A stretch of DNA of 63,968 bases, filler included, from Circinaria calcarea (taxonomy: Eukaryota), in NCBI GenBank assembly GCA_051942165.1. It is 4 parts of 4 records of this genome, joined end to end, with 100 filler letters (N's around TTAATTAATTAA, not from the genome) between each part and the next. Parts side by side here need not be neighbours in the genome. Positions count along the whole stretch, not along the records: positions 1 to 16,359 come from JAVECS010000325.1; positions 16,460 to 32,797 come from JAVECS010000326.1; 2 more parts are not named here. The stretch is one strand, 5' to 3'. Below the pieces are notes generated by a model that did not search any database, was not told the origin of the DNA, and saw nothing but the letters and a program-made list of their open reading frames with translations. The translations under genes and the position numbers were made by a program. Positions 12,450 through 23,943 of this stretch are shown here, piece by piece. Position 1 is the first letter of the stretch. Each line of letters starts with the position of its first letter.

Positions 12450-12659
12450 TGCGAGATATACGGATTTCACGGCACAACTGTACAGGCCTTACTGAGTTAG
12501 AATTTTCGGAATGGACTAGTTACGGACTCTGATTGGGGGATGCATTGCATGGGGGTTTCTAGCTTCGACGTGCATGGGCATGGATGGTTATTAGTATAGC
12601 ACAAGTCCTCTAGGGCTTCTCCAGATAGTCAAGCGTGGAAGCGTGGTCTGCAAATTACA

Positions 12660-13388
12660 TCACATCTTCGCCTTCATTTCATTGAACAATGCCTTTAGCT
12701 GATCCATCTCCGTCTTCTGCTGTACCCAGCCGATTCCTAGTCCTTCGGTCTGGTTGGGTTTGGGTATCTGATATGATATTGAGTTTATTAAACAGACACG
12801 GAGATGAACAAGGGTATGACAAACCATATGGAAATGGACCTGGTGAGGTTGTATTAGCCCTAATCAGCAAGGGTGGCGTAGGTATAGTCACTAACATGAT
12901 CAACTTCCTGGTGCGCCAACCTCCCATTGTTCTGCAGGATGTTGTAGTTCTCCACCCCGGCAGCTATGGCCACCCTCTTGGCAACCGGCTGCCCACATTA
13001 CATACACCCGTCAGTCCAGGCCGTCTCTCGTAAAATACCCCAGTCAAGACAAAACGAACCAGTATCTCCGTCAATTGATCATCCGGGATATCGGTAAGCT
13101 TGGCGCCGTGGTGCTTTGGTATCACGAGCTGCCCCCCAGGTGATGAAGCGATTAGCACGGAGTCGGAAGGCCGAGAGTGGGATGGGAATTGCGTACCGCG
13201 TGGCCTTTACTGAGGGGTTGGATGTCGAGGAAGGCGAAGACGCGCTCGCTTTCGAAGAGCTTGAAGGAGGGGATGTCGCCTGCTTTTGCGGTTAGGATGG
13301 ATAGGAGAAGGGGGTTGTATAGGATTTTGGGGGGACGGGGTTGTAGTGTACCTTTGATGATTTTACAGAATATACAGGCTGCAGCCAT
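12660..13388 (-). CDS. HNT1: HIT-family adenosine 5'-monophosphoramidase (Hint)
   Basis: MAAACIFCKIIKGDIPSFKLFE, AFLDIQPLSKGHALVIPKHH, LQNNGRLAHQEVDH|VHFHM|IPKP (HIT motif). Six exons, including a 15-nt microexon at 12825-12839. Confidence 0.93.
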
Positions 13389-14726
13389 TATGCGTGGATT
13401 GGTTTGTTGATCTGGGTGTTGTGAAAGTGGGGATGAATGGAGGGAATAGCGTGGGAAGCTGGGTCCAAAAGTATTTGCAATATATACTATTATAAGAAAA
13501 TTTTTATTTACGGAGTGGTACACAATACTGCAGAATCCATTTCTTGCCTTTTACCAGAGATGGCCGTGTTGTAACCATAATACTCCATTCATCAATCTTT
13601 GGAACCCTTCTCTACAAATGTAGATTATTTCGTTTTGCTGTTCGCGTATGTTCGAATCCATCTAGTTGCATTTATTTTTGAGCGAAGAAAACTATGCACG
13701 ATATTGCCAATAAATTTCTTATTTTTGGTACCCTTTTTACCTCACGTGCTCCAACCCCCTCTACATCTACATTTTCCGAGCTTCCATAACTCTCCTCTTC
13801 TCCTCCTCACTATAGACACTAGCGCCTTGCTTCAAAGCAGTCACCAATATAGGCAGAGACTTGTCGCCAAAATCCCCCGCGTTGCGCACCCGGTCCAGAT
13901 CGTCTGCAAACTCCAAGGTTACCTTTTTCAGGTAATAACTTTCAAAGTCTTGGGAACTGGTTTCTGGCTGTGGCTACCAGAGGGCTAAGTACTTGTACTC
14001 GCTATATGCAATTGGGATTAGGATATGAACACACCTCGGAGGTTGCAGCAGGTACTTTATCTTCTACCGCGGGCGCTGGTTGCTGTTTGGGTTCTTGGAC
14101 TGCCGGTTGGACCTTTTTCGACTTCCCCTACAGAACGATAGGACGGTTAGGTTGGAGTACTTTACGAGTTTGTCTCCAGCGGGAATGGGCATACCATCGC
14201 AGGACTCGTTTGGACGTTATCTCTGGGTTCCAAGGTGGGTTCCGAATGTGAGAAATCTTGTTTAGAGACCAAAGATGCTCGAGGTTTCCACGGCCAAGTT
14301 TTTTGCGAATCTAAGACAATAGAAATTATCTTACAAGTATAGATAGATCAGAGCCTAATCAATCATGTACAAGGCTATGAACTCAGTTTAACCAAGCCGT
14401 AACAATTCCCCGTCAAATTTGTCTATGTCCCTCCCAAAGCCCTCAGTTTCGTATCCTACCCTAGTCCCTACCACCTTACTCTATTATACGTAGTAATAGC
14501 TTTTGGACACACAGCCACGATGTAAACGAATTCACCAATCAATGTGGTAGCTTCCATTCACCATGCACATGGCTCACAGTCATGCGGTCGTCAGCAGTCC
14601 GGCGACGAAAGCCAAGGGGCTGAAGAATCATCTTCAGGCACCAATTCTATGTCCTGGATCAAAGGCCACGATACTGCTCGCTCTCACAACACTGCGCAGA
14701 GGCTACACAAGCTCTCCTGAATTACA

Positions 14727-16359
14727 ATGACTACAGCTATTGAGGCTCGATCTCTGTCGTCTGTTACAGCACTGGCAGCAAATCCACCTAGATATCCGCG
14801 TAACCCTACACATACCATCCAGCAGCCATTAGTGCTCTACATTGCTCGAGTACCGGGTAGTAGAGGTAGGTTCTGCACATAGCTAAGATGGCAAACCAGC
14901 TAACAAGATTATAGATGTATTCCTTTCCACCCTCAAGCCACGCGAAAAGGTCGTCACTGCCCAAGATATTGAGAGCTCTTTATACTACTTCCATGTTGAT
15001 GCCCCTTATGATGAAGACCTCCGACAAGCTTTAAGCTCTACCGAGGTTCAGCAGGAGAAGGTCAAGTTGGATGACAACAATGAAGGGCTCAGTGAGACTG
15101 CTCGGGAAGTTCAGAGGAAGCCGCTGCCCTCAAGCCCAAGATTAGACCTGGGTGATCACCCTGAACCTCCACCTAAAATCCTTCCAAACATTCAGGGTGT
15201 CTCGCAGGAGTTGAGGGACATCTCCAATGCAAGGCGAAAGCCGGTAGGTGGTGATAACAAACGGTCGATACCCCTACCGGAATCTACATCCTCAATGCCT
15301 GCCAGGAAGCTTCTAGGACCTCGTCCCTTACATTCTCGTCAAACCTCTGTTGACGCTGCCGCTTTGGGGGTCAATACCCGGAAAGAGAACGTGACTCTGC
15401 GAAGATGGTCCGAACAACCGCCAGCGTCTACCAAAACGCTAGGGTTACCCTCGACACCGGAACTTATGCATCAGGCAACTTCATTCAATACACCTGCCAA
15501 GGACTCCTCGACTTCCGGTGAAACGAGAAGATGTTCTCGGTCCGAGGAAAGACTGGTACGAAATCGGGATCTTTCCATCACACTGATCCGCCGTGATCCC
15601 ACTTCTGGCAGTCAGTGGAACGTGGGTAAGATTAGTGGTTCGTTTAATGGAACAAGAGATGAGGAATCTCCTGCTTCATACGATGCATCACCAGGAGCAG
15701 AAAAATGCGGCTTCTTAATTGAAATCACGACGCCAGGCTATGTCAAATTTATTGGGGTGGACAACGTGCTTCCTCTCTCTACATCGAACATAACGAACGT
15801 CCCAAAAACCTCAAAACTAACAGCATGCTTTCAGCGATATCTCTTAACAAAGTCTTCAAAAGCCATATCCGAGAATCAATCTGATAATAATAGTCTTAGA
15901 CCGAGCCTCGACCTACACCGCTCCAGCACACCGTCAGTTAATTCTCTCGGAATCCAAGGGCATTCATGTCGTACGTCTCTTGAGTCAAGTCCTGCTCATA
16001 TGAAAGCGTACACGTTTCTGAGTCCCTGGAACGGCGACTGCGAGTTTACCACCGGTATAGCAGGCCGCAGTCTCAAATGTAGACATACAATTCCATCGCC
16101 AGCCACAAGTCCAGGGAAAGGCTCGACCCCTGCAGTCACGGTTAGTGAGCTGCGCTTCAACCTCCCCGGCTCCAACATATTTAGCCCTGTCTCACCGAAA
16201 AGGCCCCCGTTATCAGCTGCCTTCCGCTCCTCCAAAGAGTCCTCTTCCTTGATCGACCACGGCATTAATCGTCCGCTCAAGCCTGTTGATTTTGACGATC
16301 AGAATGATGTCGAAGATAAGGAGAGCGCAAACCAAATAGTAAAGCTGGTTGATGGATAC
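14727..16359 (+). CDS. conserved fungal hypothetical protein, 3' truncated by linker
   Basis: ATG 14727 opens ...NPPRYPRNP...PLVLYIARVPGSR|DVFLSTLKPREKVVTAQDIESSLYYFHV (intron ~14866-14913). Later blocks ITLIRRDPTSGSQWNVGKI, YTFLSPWNGDCEFTTGIAGRSLKCRH and VSELRFNLP. Runs into Ns. Confidence 0.8.
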
Positions 16360-16459
16360 NNNNNNNNNNNNNNNNNNNNNNNNNNNNNNNNNNNNNNNNN
16401 NNNTTAATTAATTAANNNNNNNNNNNNNNNNNNNNNNNNNNNNNNNNNNNNNNNNNNNN
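16360..16459. other. artificial contig linker
   Basis: N44-TTAATTAATTAA-N44, with stops in all six frames. Confidence 0.97.
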
Positions 16460-16976
16460 GCGGAATTGGGGGCGGAATTGGGGGCGGGATTCCATTCGGC
16501 TATTCCGTCCACAAGGAGTCGATAGAAAGTTCGATGCTCATGGTGTCGTGGGGTTTTGCCTTCATGTGGAAGATAAGAGTTAAAAGTAGTGGATATGAAT
16601 TGGCTAAATCTAATACTGATCTAGCCGCGCTTATCGCGGTATACTATCTACTGGTCCGTCTCCCTTTTGACCTATCTTTGAGTTACTCAAGGTAGGTAGT
16701 TATATTAGGTGAGATCAGCTCCACATTCTCTTAATCACACCTCGGTTATTCAGGAGGCTACCAGCATAGGAGATGATCACGATCGATTGCCGCTCTTAGA
16801 CCGCCAGAAACAAAAAATGGGGCCGGGTGAGAGCGGAAGAACAGAGGGACTCTATCCTTTACTACTCCCTGCATGAATTCGTTCGCCTCTATTTCAATTG
16901 TTTTCAATTCCTAGACACGAGAAGAGAAGTATTCATTACCGTTCATATCCATTCATAGTACCTAATTTCCAAAACC

Positions 16977-18376
16977 CTATATTCGGCCTAACCCCCTTAA
17001 CTTTAGATAAACGTCCGTTCCCCAACCCCAAAGACTCTGCACCGCGATCCCCCCTCCAAAATATTCCGCATATGCTCTTCCCAGTGGTAGACCATATCCC
17101 AATCCGGCCAGACTGCTTCCGTCACCACCAGCACCGGAAATGGTATTCAAGGCGTCAATGTTACCATTACCGGCCCCGTTATTTGCGTCGAGAACGTCGT
17201 CTTCAGCAAAGGTGGTGAAGCTGTAGGACCAGATGTTTGGGAGATTGGTCGGAGAGATTCCACCGCCGCGATCGCGGATGCGGATTGTAACACCGGGTAT
17301 AGAGGGATCGGGAGCATGGGACACGAAGCCGGAGGGGTTACCGTTGGAGCTGGCAGATGAGGGCAAGGGTTTTGGTATATCTGGAGAGATAACAATCGTA
17401 ACTTCAACGGGCTCCCGCTCCTTTCCACTTTCCACAGTAGCGCGGAAGGCATTCTTCAACAGCTCTGTAATGATATACTCGAGATGTGTGGGTACGTGGG
17501 CGATGGTAATCTCTGGTTGGCCGTTGATGATTAAGGTTGGTCGAACTCCGTATTTGAGCTCGCAGATTTCGGAAACGAAGGACTCGCAGTTTCTTATTAG
17601 ATCTGCAGGGCGGAGCGCCGTATCGATAACGCCAACGTAACTCGAAGATGGGCTCGAGCCTTCAGGACCTGCAGTTCCCCCATTATACGGTTGGGATGAT
17701 AGATGTAAGGCTATGTGCTGCTCTGCGATTAACCTTGTTCCGATTCTTGCTCTTAGATGCGCGTCGAGGAAACGCGTCACGTCTCCTGGACTGATGTATT
17801 TTCTGCACTCTAGAAATCCTCTTGCGAGGACAGGTATGGTATTGGCGTGGGTTTGTACCAGATCAGCCATTACCTCTGTAAACTGGATCTCATCCTCGAG
17901 AGTTGTAATCTGCCGCTCATGGTAGGGTAGGAGGGTGGAAAGGGAGTGGAGGTAGTTGTTGTATATACTAGCAATGTTCGGGTTCGAGACAACGATGAAG
18001 GGAAGATTCCGGAGAGCATGAATGCGGTGAGCAAGACGGATCGGAAGGAGAGAGAGGGTAAAGTTGGCGGAGGAGAAGAGGGCTTCGGTCGAGAGAGGCG
18101 GACGGCCATGGCTTGGGGGTCATTAGCCTATCTGAAATCTTAGCAATGGAGATGATGATAGTACCGTACAAGGTCAGATAAAGTTAGGGGATGCAGTGGC
18201 CGAGCGGCGAGTCGCGCGACAGTATCATCAGCTATATTTGCCGAGGTGGGCGGATGAGACCACTCTCGAGGCGCCGGTGATGAAGCTGACGTTGCGAGAA
18301 ATCGAGCTCGCTTTTTCAAAGGGCATAAAAGACGAATGTACTGTGATTGCAATGCTACTGGTTTGTGAGCCATCAT
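16977..18376 (-). CDS. mitochondrial alpha-ketoacid dehydrogenase kinase (PDK/BCKDK family)
   Basis: LPIRLAHRIHALRNLPF (N-terminal kinase domain), FLDAHLRARIGTRLIAEQH, ELLKNAFRA (N box), IRDRGGGI (G1) and LAGLGYGLPLGRAYAEYFGG (G2). One intron near 18113-18165; basic presequence. Confidence 0.92.
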
Positions 18377-19147
18377 AAGGCAAGACTCACAGCAGCTATT
18401 TTATATACCTATGTATGAAGTCGCTTGTTGCGGAGAAGCCCTACCCTTTACGCGGCACAGGGAAGTGTTTGCGCTAAAATAATAGTTACTTTAGCCCTAT
18501 AATGTCAACATGCTAGTCTACACGCCCAATATGGGTTTTTGCTGCATTTGCTTATGCAATCCCATATTAAATTCATATTTATATCAGCTGCCCATAGACG
18601 ATTCTTATAAGAGAAAGGTGCTTAATAACTATTCATTAAGCCTCCAGCTTACTCAACTCAGCCCAGATGTTCCTCTGCCGTTCAAATGACCGCTGTATAC
18701 CATCCACCTACTCTAGCCCTTGACGAGATGGCCTCCATAACTCCACACTGCGAGTGCTCTTATTATATAGGATCTAGACTTATTGCCCAACTGCGTTAAG
18801 GTGCATCAACTAGATGACGGGATTTATTCTTCACCCCGAATTGGAGTTGAGAACCTGGTCACACGCAAGCGGTCGCGAGCTAGAACCAAGGGAGTAGGAA
18901 ACAGTTAAACTTGGTCCCAGGTATGTAAGGCAGCGTGCTATGAAATGAATGAAATGGTGTAGACTGCTTATAGTCAGAGGAAGAGTCTTATGCTAGTCGA
19001 AGAGCGTTCATGTAAGCGATGAAGGCTTTCAGCACCGACTCTTGATGGTATGACCAATACTTATTCGATGCATGCACACTCGCCCAACGACTTCTACTCC
19101 CTTCCTCATGCCAGAGTAGTTTGACCGAGCAATCCCTATCCATAGCT

Positions 19148-21724
19148 CTACGAAACCATCCATCTATCATCATCCTCGGCAACATCATAATCCACCTCCC
19201 CTGACCCCTGCTGTCCGCTCAAGTCTGCCCTGTTATCCCCATCTGCACCCGTACCACCCATATCCATATCCACGCTTTCAACCCCTTCCTGCCTTGATGA
19301 TGGTTGGACAACGGGAAGCAAAGGCGTGTGGACCCATGCAAACTCCAGCCGGCCGATTGATGGGATCTCTTTAGGGCCGTATATGAACCTTTCGGCCACG
19401 AAGCGATCCTTGAAGGTTATGATCTGGGCATCGCGAGGAAGGGCGGGGTCGCTGGGTTCGAGTGCTTCGAATTCACCTAGGCCCTGGGAACGATGAAACG
19501 TTAGCATTCTAGATCAGTATGAGCCAGGACCAGAGTTAACTTACTAGTAAATATTGCCTCAACAGCTCGTCCTTGTCATTGTTAAACTCCACCCCGGAGA
19601 CTTTGACCTTCTTGGTCCGGTTATCCAAATTGTAGGCTCCCGCCCCTCTTGCGCCTCGGAATGTGCCTCTCCCTCGGGAGCCCGCTCTGGACGGTTCGTA
19701 AGCACCGCCTCTACCAGTACCGGCAAAGCCTTCCCAGCCACGGTAGGAGCCTCTACCTCGGCCCCTGCCTCGACCTCTGAACGATGGCGGATCGCCTACA
19801 GTAGCAGGATCAATACCTAGACTTTTTGCTTCTTCTTCCAATGCAGCCAAGGTTGCCCGGAGTATTTCCGTTTGTGCGCTTGCCTTGGGATTTGTAATTC
19901 CATTCGACTCCGTGGTAGCGTGGTCTATAGTGTTCGAGCTCTTTTGATCTGTAGGTTGTCCTTTTGCTTTCAGCTTCTCCATCAGCTTTCTCTTCTCCTC
20001 CGCTTGCTTTCGTGCTAGATCTTCCTTCTGCTTCTCCAGTTCCTGTCGTTTTGCCTCTGCCTCTTTCATCAAAGCTTTCCTTTCCTCCAACTTCCTCTGT
20101 GCAGCCAGACTTTCACGCTCGAACTTCTCTTTATCGAAGGTTGGTTCCTCAAGTTTCGTTGCTGAAATTGGCGAGCTGGCTTTAGCTAGCGATCCATTCC
20201 TTGATGGGGTAGGTATGGAGTTTGGATTGAACCAATAGACTTTGACAAACCGATTATCAAAAATAACCTTCGGGCTTTCGTAAGCACGTTTTGCAGCAGA
20301 GTAGTCGCTATATCTGACGATAGCAAGACGCTTGTACGCTTGCATCTGAACATCCTCGATAGCCCCGAATTCAGAGAAGAAGCCACGGACAGATTGTTCA
20401 TCGAAATTTTCCTCCGGAATCTGTTCCACCACGACCGTAGTAATCGATCGATCGTGATTGGGTCCGGCTTGGGAGAAATCGGCGCGATTCTTCCGCTGAG
20501 GAACATAACCACCCCGATCGCCTCGACCTTGGCCATGACCCCGACCGTTCGTGAATGCTCGCTGAGCCTCGAAAGGAGTATGACCATTGGTACTACTGGA
20601 AGTTTTCGAGAAGTCCATCAGGTTGGATTTTTTGGGGTCGTATTCTGAACATCATTAGTCGTGTATAAAGATAGAAGAAGCTATATTACATACCATCTTG
20701 TTGAGGAGGAACTACGATCTGATTGTCTCCATGATCAAACGGACATGCGTTTCCCCTGGCACAGAATCCCTTTGTGTCATAGTCCCTACACCTCGCGTTG
20801 ATTCTGTTATTAGTAGGGGGTTTGGGAGATATTTGCCAGTTTGAGTTTCTCGCTTGCGGTATTGCTGGAGGCGACTGGGGCATAGTAGGCATACCCGGAA
20901 ACCCCAGAGCCTGCATGGTTAACATGACAGCGACAGGATCATTTAGATCGAAAGGCATGCCAGAACCAGCGGGTGGTTGCATAATCTGTGAGACAGATGG
21001 AACCTGTGCTGAAGATAGCCCAGGTAGGCTCCCAGGTGGTTGAAAATCCATCCTCCCTTGAAAAGCGCCGCCTCTACCATTATTCATATGACCTCTCCGC
21101 ATTTGCTTCGTCTGACGGTCCCCCCTCCCGTAATGTGCATCATGTCCACCCTTTCCCCCTTGGATATCATTATATGATCGCTTCCGCGACGGCTGGAATC
21201 CTTCATTGTATCCGTCACCATCTCTTGCGCCTACATCGCCGTATGCGCCATTAGATCCCACAGACGCGGAAAAAGATGGCGTTGGTAGCGTAGGGAGCGG
21301 TGGGGCCAGATAACCTGGAATGTAAGATTTTGTATGTATGGCCAGGAAGACCTCATCCACAAAAGATGCGGTGTCTAAACAGGAAGAGCCATCAGCAGGA
21401 GGTCAAACCCTAGCCAGACTTGAGTTTTTGATCATTCGAGGAATGACATACTGTCCTTCAGAAAGTCGTCTAGGTTCATGATGGCATTGGTTCTGAGTTC
21501 AGGCTCTGGGGTATCTGCACGAATGAGGGCAAGGACATAGTCGGCGAGGACATCGGAGTCTGCATCGGATCTGCAACAGACGGAGACCATTAGCACATAG
21601 TCCAAGGCCAATGGCAAGCCGTCATTTGGTAGCTTGAAGCTGGTGTGGCGCTATGGACTTACATGTCCTCCAGCTTTTTAATCACCCAAGTCTTCAACTC
21701 CTTGGACTCATCATCGGTGATCAT
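19148..21724 (-). CDS. RBM26/RBM27-like RNA-binding protein (PWI + CCCH zinc finger + RRM)
   Basis: LKTWVIKKLEDI|SDADSDVLADYVLAL (PWI), CRDYDTKGFCARGNACPFDH (CCCH), VVEQIPEENFDEQSVRGFFSEFG...IFDNRFVKVYW (RRM), coiled coil and RG repeats. Four introns. Confidence 0.92.
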
Positions 21725-22585
21725 CTTTCTATCCACTGTGCTCAAGACCAATATGAAGACAGAACTGCGATTGTCACGGTATTAGCATAAGCGGAGATCG
21801 AAAAAGATTCAGTTGCTTTAAGAGACCTGGAGCAGTTGTAGAACAGATAGTGTTAGACGTATGGTATCAGCTGTTTTCCTTTCCCGCGCCGTTTATCACT
21901 TTCCAGCCTTAATGGGATCGCGGCTACTATATAGCGGCTATCTTCAACGGATCGGTATCAAATTATTCCTAGTTTGAGTAGCTCCGGATTAAGCATGCTA
22001 ACGCTATTCAGCTTAGATTAGACGGATGAATATGCGCGATTGATTCCCGCGTTCATGGTCCGGAGCACTGACATCTGTGGTTGTTGCATCAACATCTCGA
22101 GGTTCATGCCAAATGTATCTCATTCGTGTCTTTCAAGCGTATATCCATACAAGAATCAAAGTATCAATTCTATACGATGCGACATGAGCTAAATCCACCA
22201 AGAATATTAATCGAAATAGTATAACCGTTAGGTGTAACCACCCCCATCCGCAGGTACTGTAGGTGTTAATTGAAGGCCGACTTCTCTCACATTGCCAAGT
22301 CTAGGTACGCCTTATCAACTTTGATTTGGAACGAAATTGTAACTAATCCTACCGGACATGGCGCAATGTCATCGTGAACGTAGCATTCGACTCTAAGTTC
22401 AAATATCCATAGCTAAATCCACGAATCTAGACAAAACATTACCGTTCTAGCAACTACTTAGCTGAGGAGGATCCGAGGACTGTTTTAAGGTGCCGACTGC
22501 GATTACTAGATTCGGCAACGCCGGCCATTGCTGAGCCAGCACCTCTTCCAGAATTTCCTACGTTTATATAGGCGATTCGAACAAA

Positions 22586-23943
22586 CTAGCGATTGCATGC
22601 CGACACGGGGATTCCCTTTCTTACGGCTAGCCAGGTGCAGGTCTTAAGTTCGACCGTGGGGTTCGTCCATGGTTCGATTTGTTGGAATACGGTGATGTTA
22701 GCGTGTGCGGGCAGGGCGTTTAGTCCCGTGGTATCACTTTTCCGTTTAATCAGGCGACCGCTGAGTCTAGCTTGCGGAGGCCTGTAGTAAGCTCTACCCC
22801 CTCGAGCCGCTTGCAGTGGGTGCTGGACGCAGGTGTTGAGAAGTGTAGACATGGCAGCCCGAATTTGAGCCCAGGTGAGGATGATGTTATGCGTGGCGGA
22901 GATGGCGAGATAGCATGTCTCTAGGCCGGGAGTGTTAGTTGGAGAACATACAGCAAACAAAACACAGCGCGCTTACTGGAATGAAGGAATGTGACGAGTC
23001 CCGGGCCGACTTTCAGCGTATCAGATGCAGGCTGCAGTTGCTCCCATTCGATATTTGTGCAATCAGCTTCAGAAGGGCTGCCCAGTCCCATATCACATTC
23101 ATAGGCCATTTCTTGGGGAACCACTGCGCCCGCTTCCCACCATGTTCTCGAACCTCTTCGTACCATACTAATCGACTGTCCCATCCATGCGGTTGCTCTT
23201 TGACCAAAATCACCCCTAAGGTGAGCGGGAAGCTTATCACCCATAAGTGCTGACACGTAATAATCGTGAATTAGTAATGGGATTACAGGATCAGTATCTC
23301 CTGGTTTGTGCCACTGGGGCCGTGGGCCGCTGACAGTGACAGTGACAAACAAGCTCTCAGGCGCTATTGGTATCGTAATCAGCCGTTAGGATCAACGTGT
23401 ACTTCAAAGGTGCTGGTAAGTAGACCTTACTTTGATATGCAGGATTAGTTATATCCACCAGGGGATTGGTGACATAACTAAGGGTGTTTGAGAATCCGTG
23501 GGTTATAAACCCTCCCTCACCGGTATTGTACACACAATGTGCAATGATATAACCGGCCATGGAACGAAGCTGAGCCCGGTCAAAGTTAAGACGAGTGGCT
23601 GTGGTCGCAGGGCCGGCCTGCTCAATCGAAATATAGCATCCCCCTGTGAAGATGCCTGAGTCTCGATAGATGAAACTCACTCTAGCCCATTGATGCACTA
23701 ACCTTCACTAACTAGCAACGGTAAACGCGTTCCTTCATCTCCAACTCCTGCATTAGCAACATATGTATCCGTCGTAACGGAGATTTTCCGCGCGGCCAGC
23801 GAACATTCAGACACCGAGAGACCGGACCCATATGCCCCGTTGCATAAATGGAAGTCTGGAGGGACAGGTGCCCTTATAAGGTACCCTCCGGGGGCTGCCA
23901 TGTGTGCTTTCTGCTGGCTTGGAGATATCGAAACCATCTCCAA
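22586..23943 (-). CDS. lineage-specific Cys-patterned hypothetical protein, multi-exon, 5' end uncertain
   Basis: Four ORF pieces joined by GT-AG introns: CNGAYGSGLSVSECSLAA...RLPL|GCYISIE...AGYIIAHCV...GGFIT, then YECDMGLGSPSEADC...|TCYLAI...LLNTCV...GGRAYY. Further upstream exons up to ~24211 are possible. Confidence 0.65.

Noticed and set aside
16404..16415. TTAATTAATTAA palindrome recurring about every 16.4 kb
   Set aside because: Synthetic six-frame-stop linker between N runs, not a biological repeat or piggyBac site.
16460..16491. GCGGAATTGGGG tandem repeat at a contig start as a telomere
   Set aside because: Only about 2.5 copies, and not TTAGGG-like.
18113..18165. Second branch-plus-AG set in the kinase intron as another stwintron
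   Set aside because: The inner unit would be only ~33 nt and no second donor is rebuilt.
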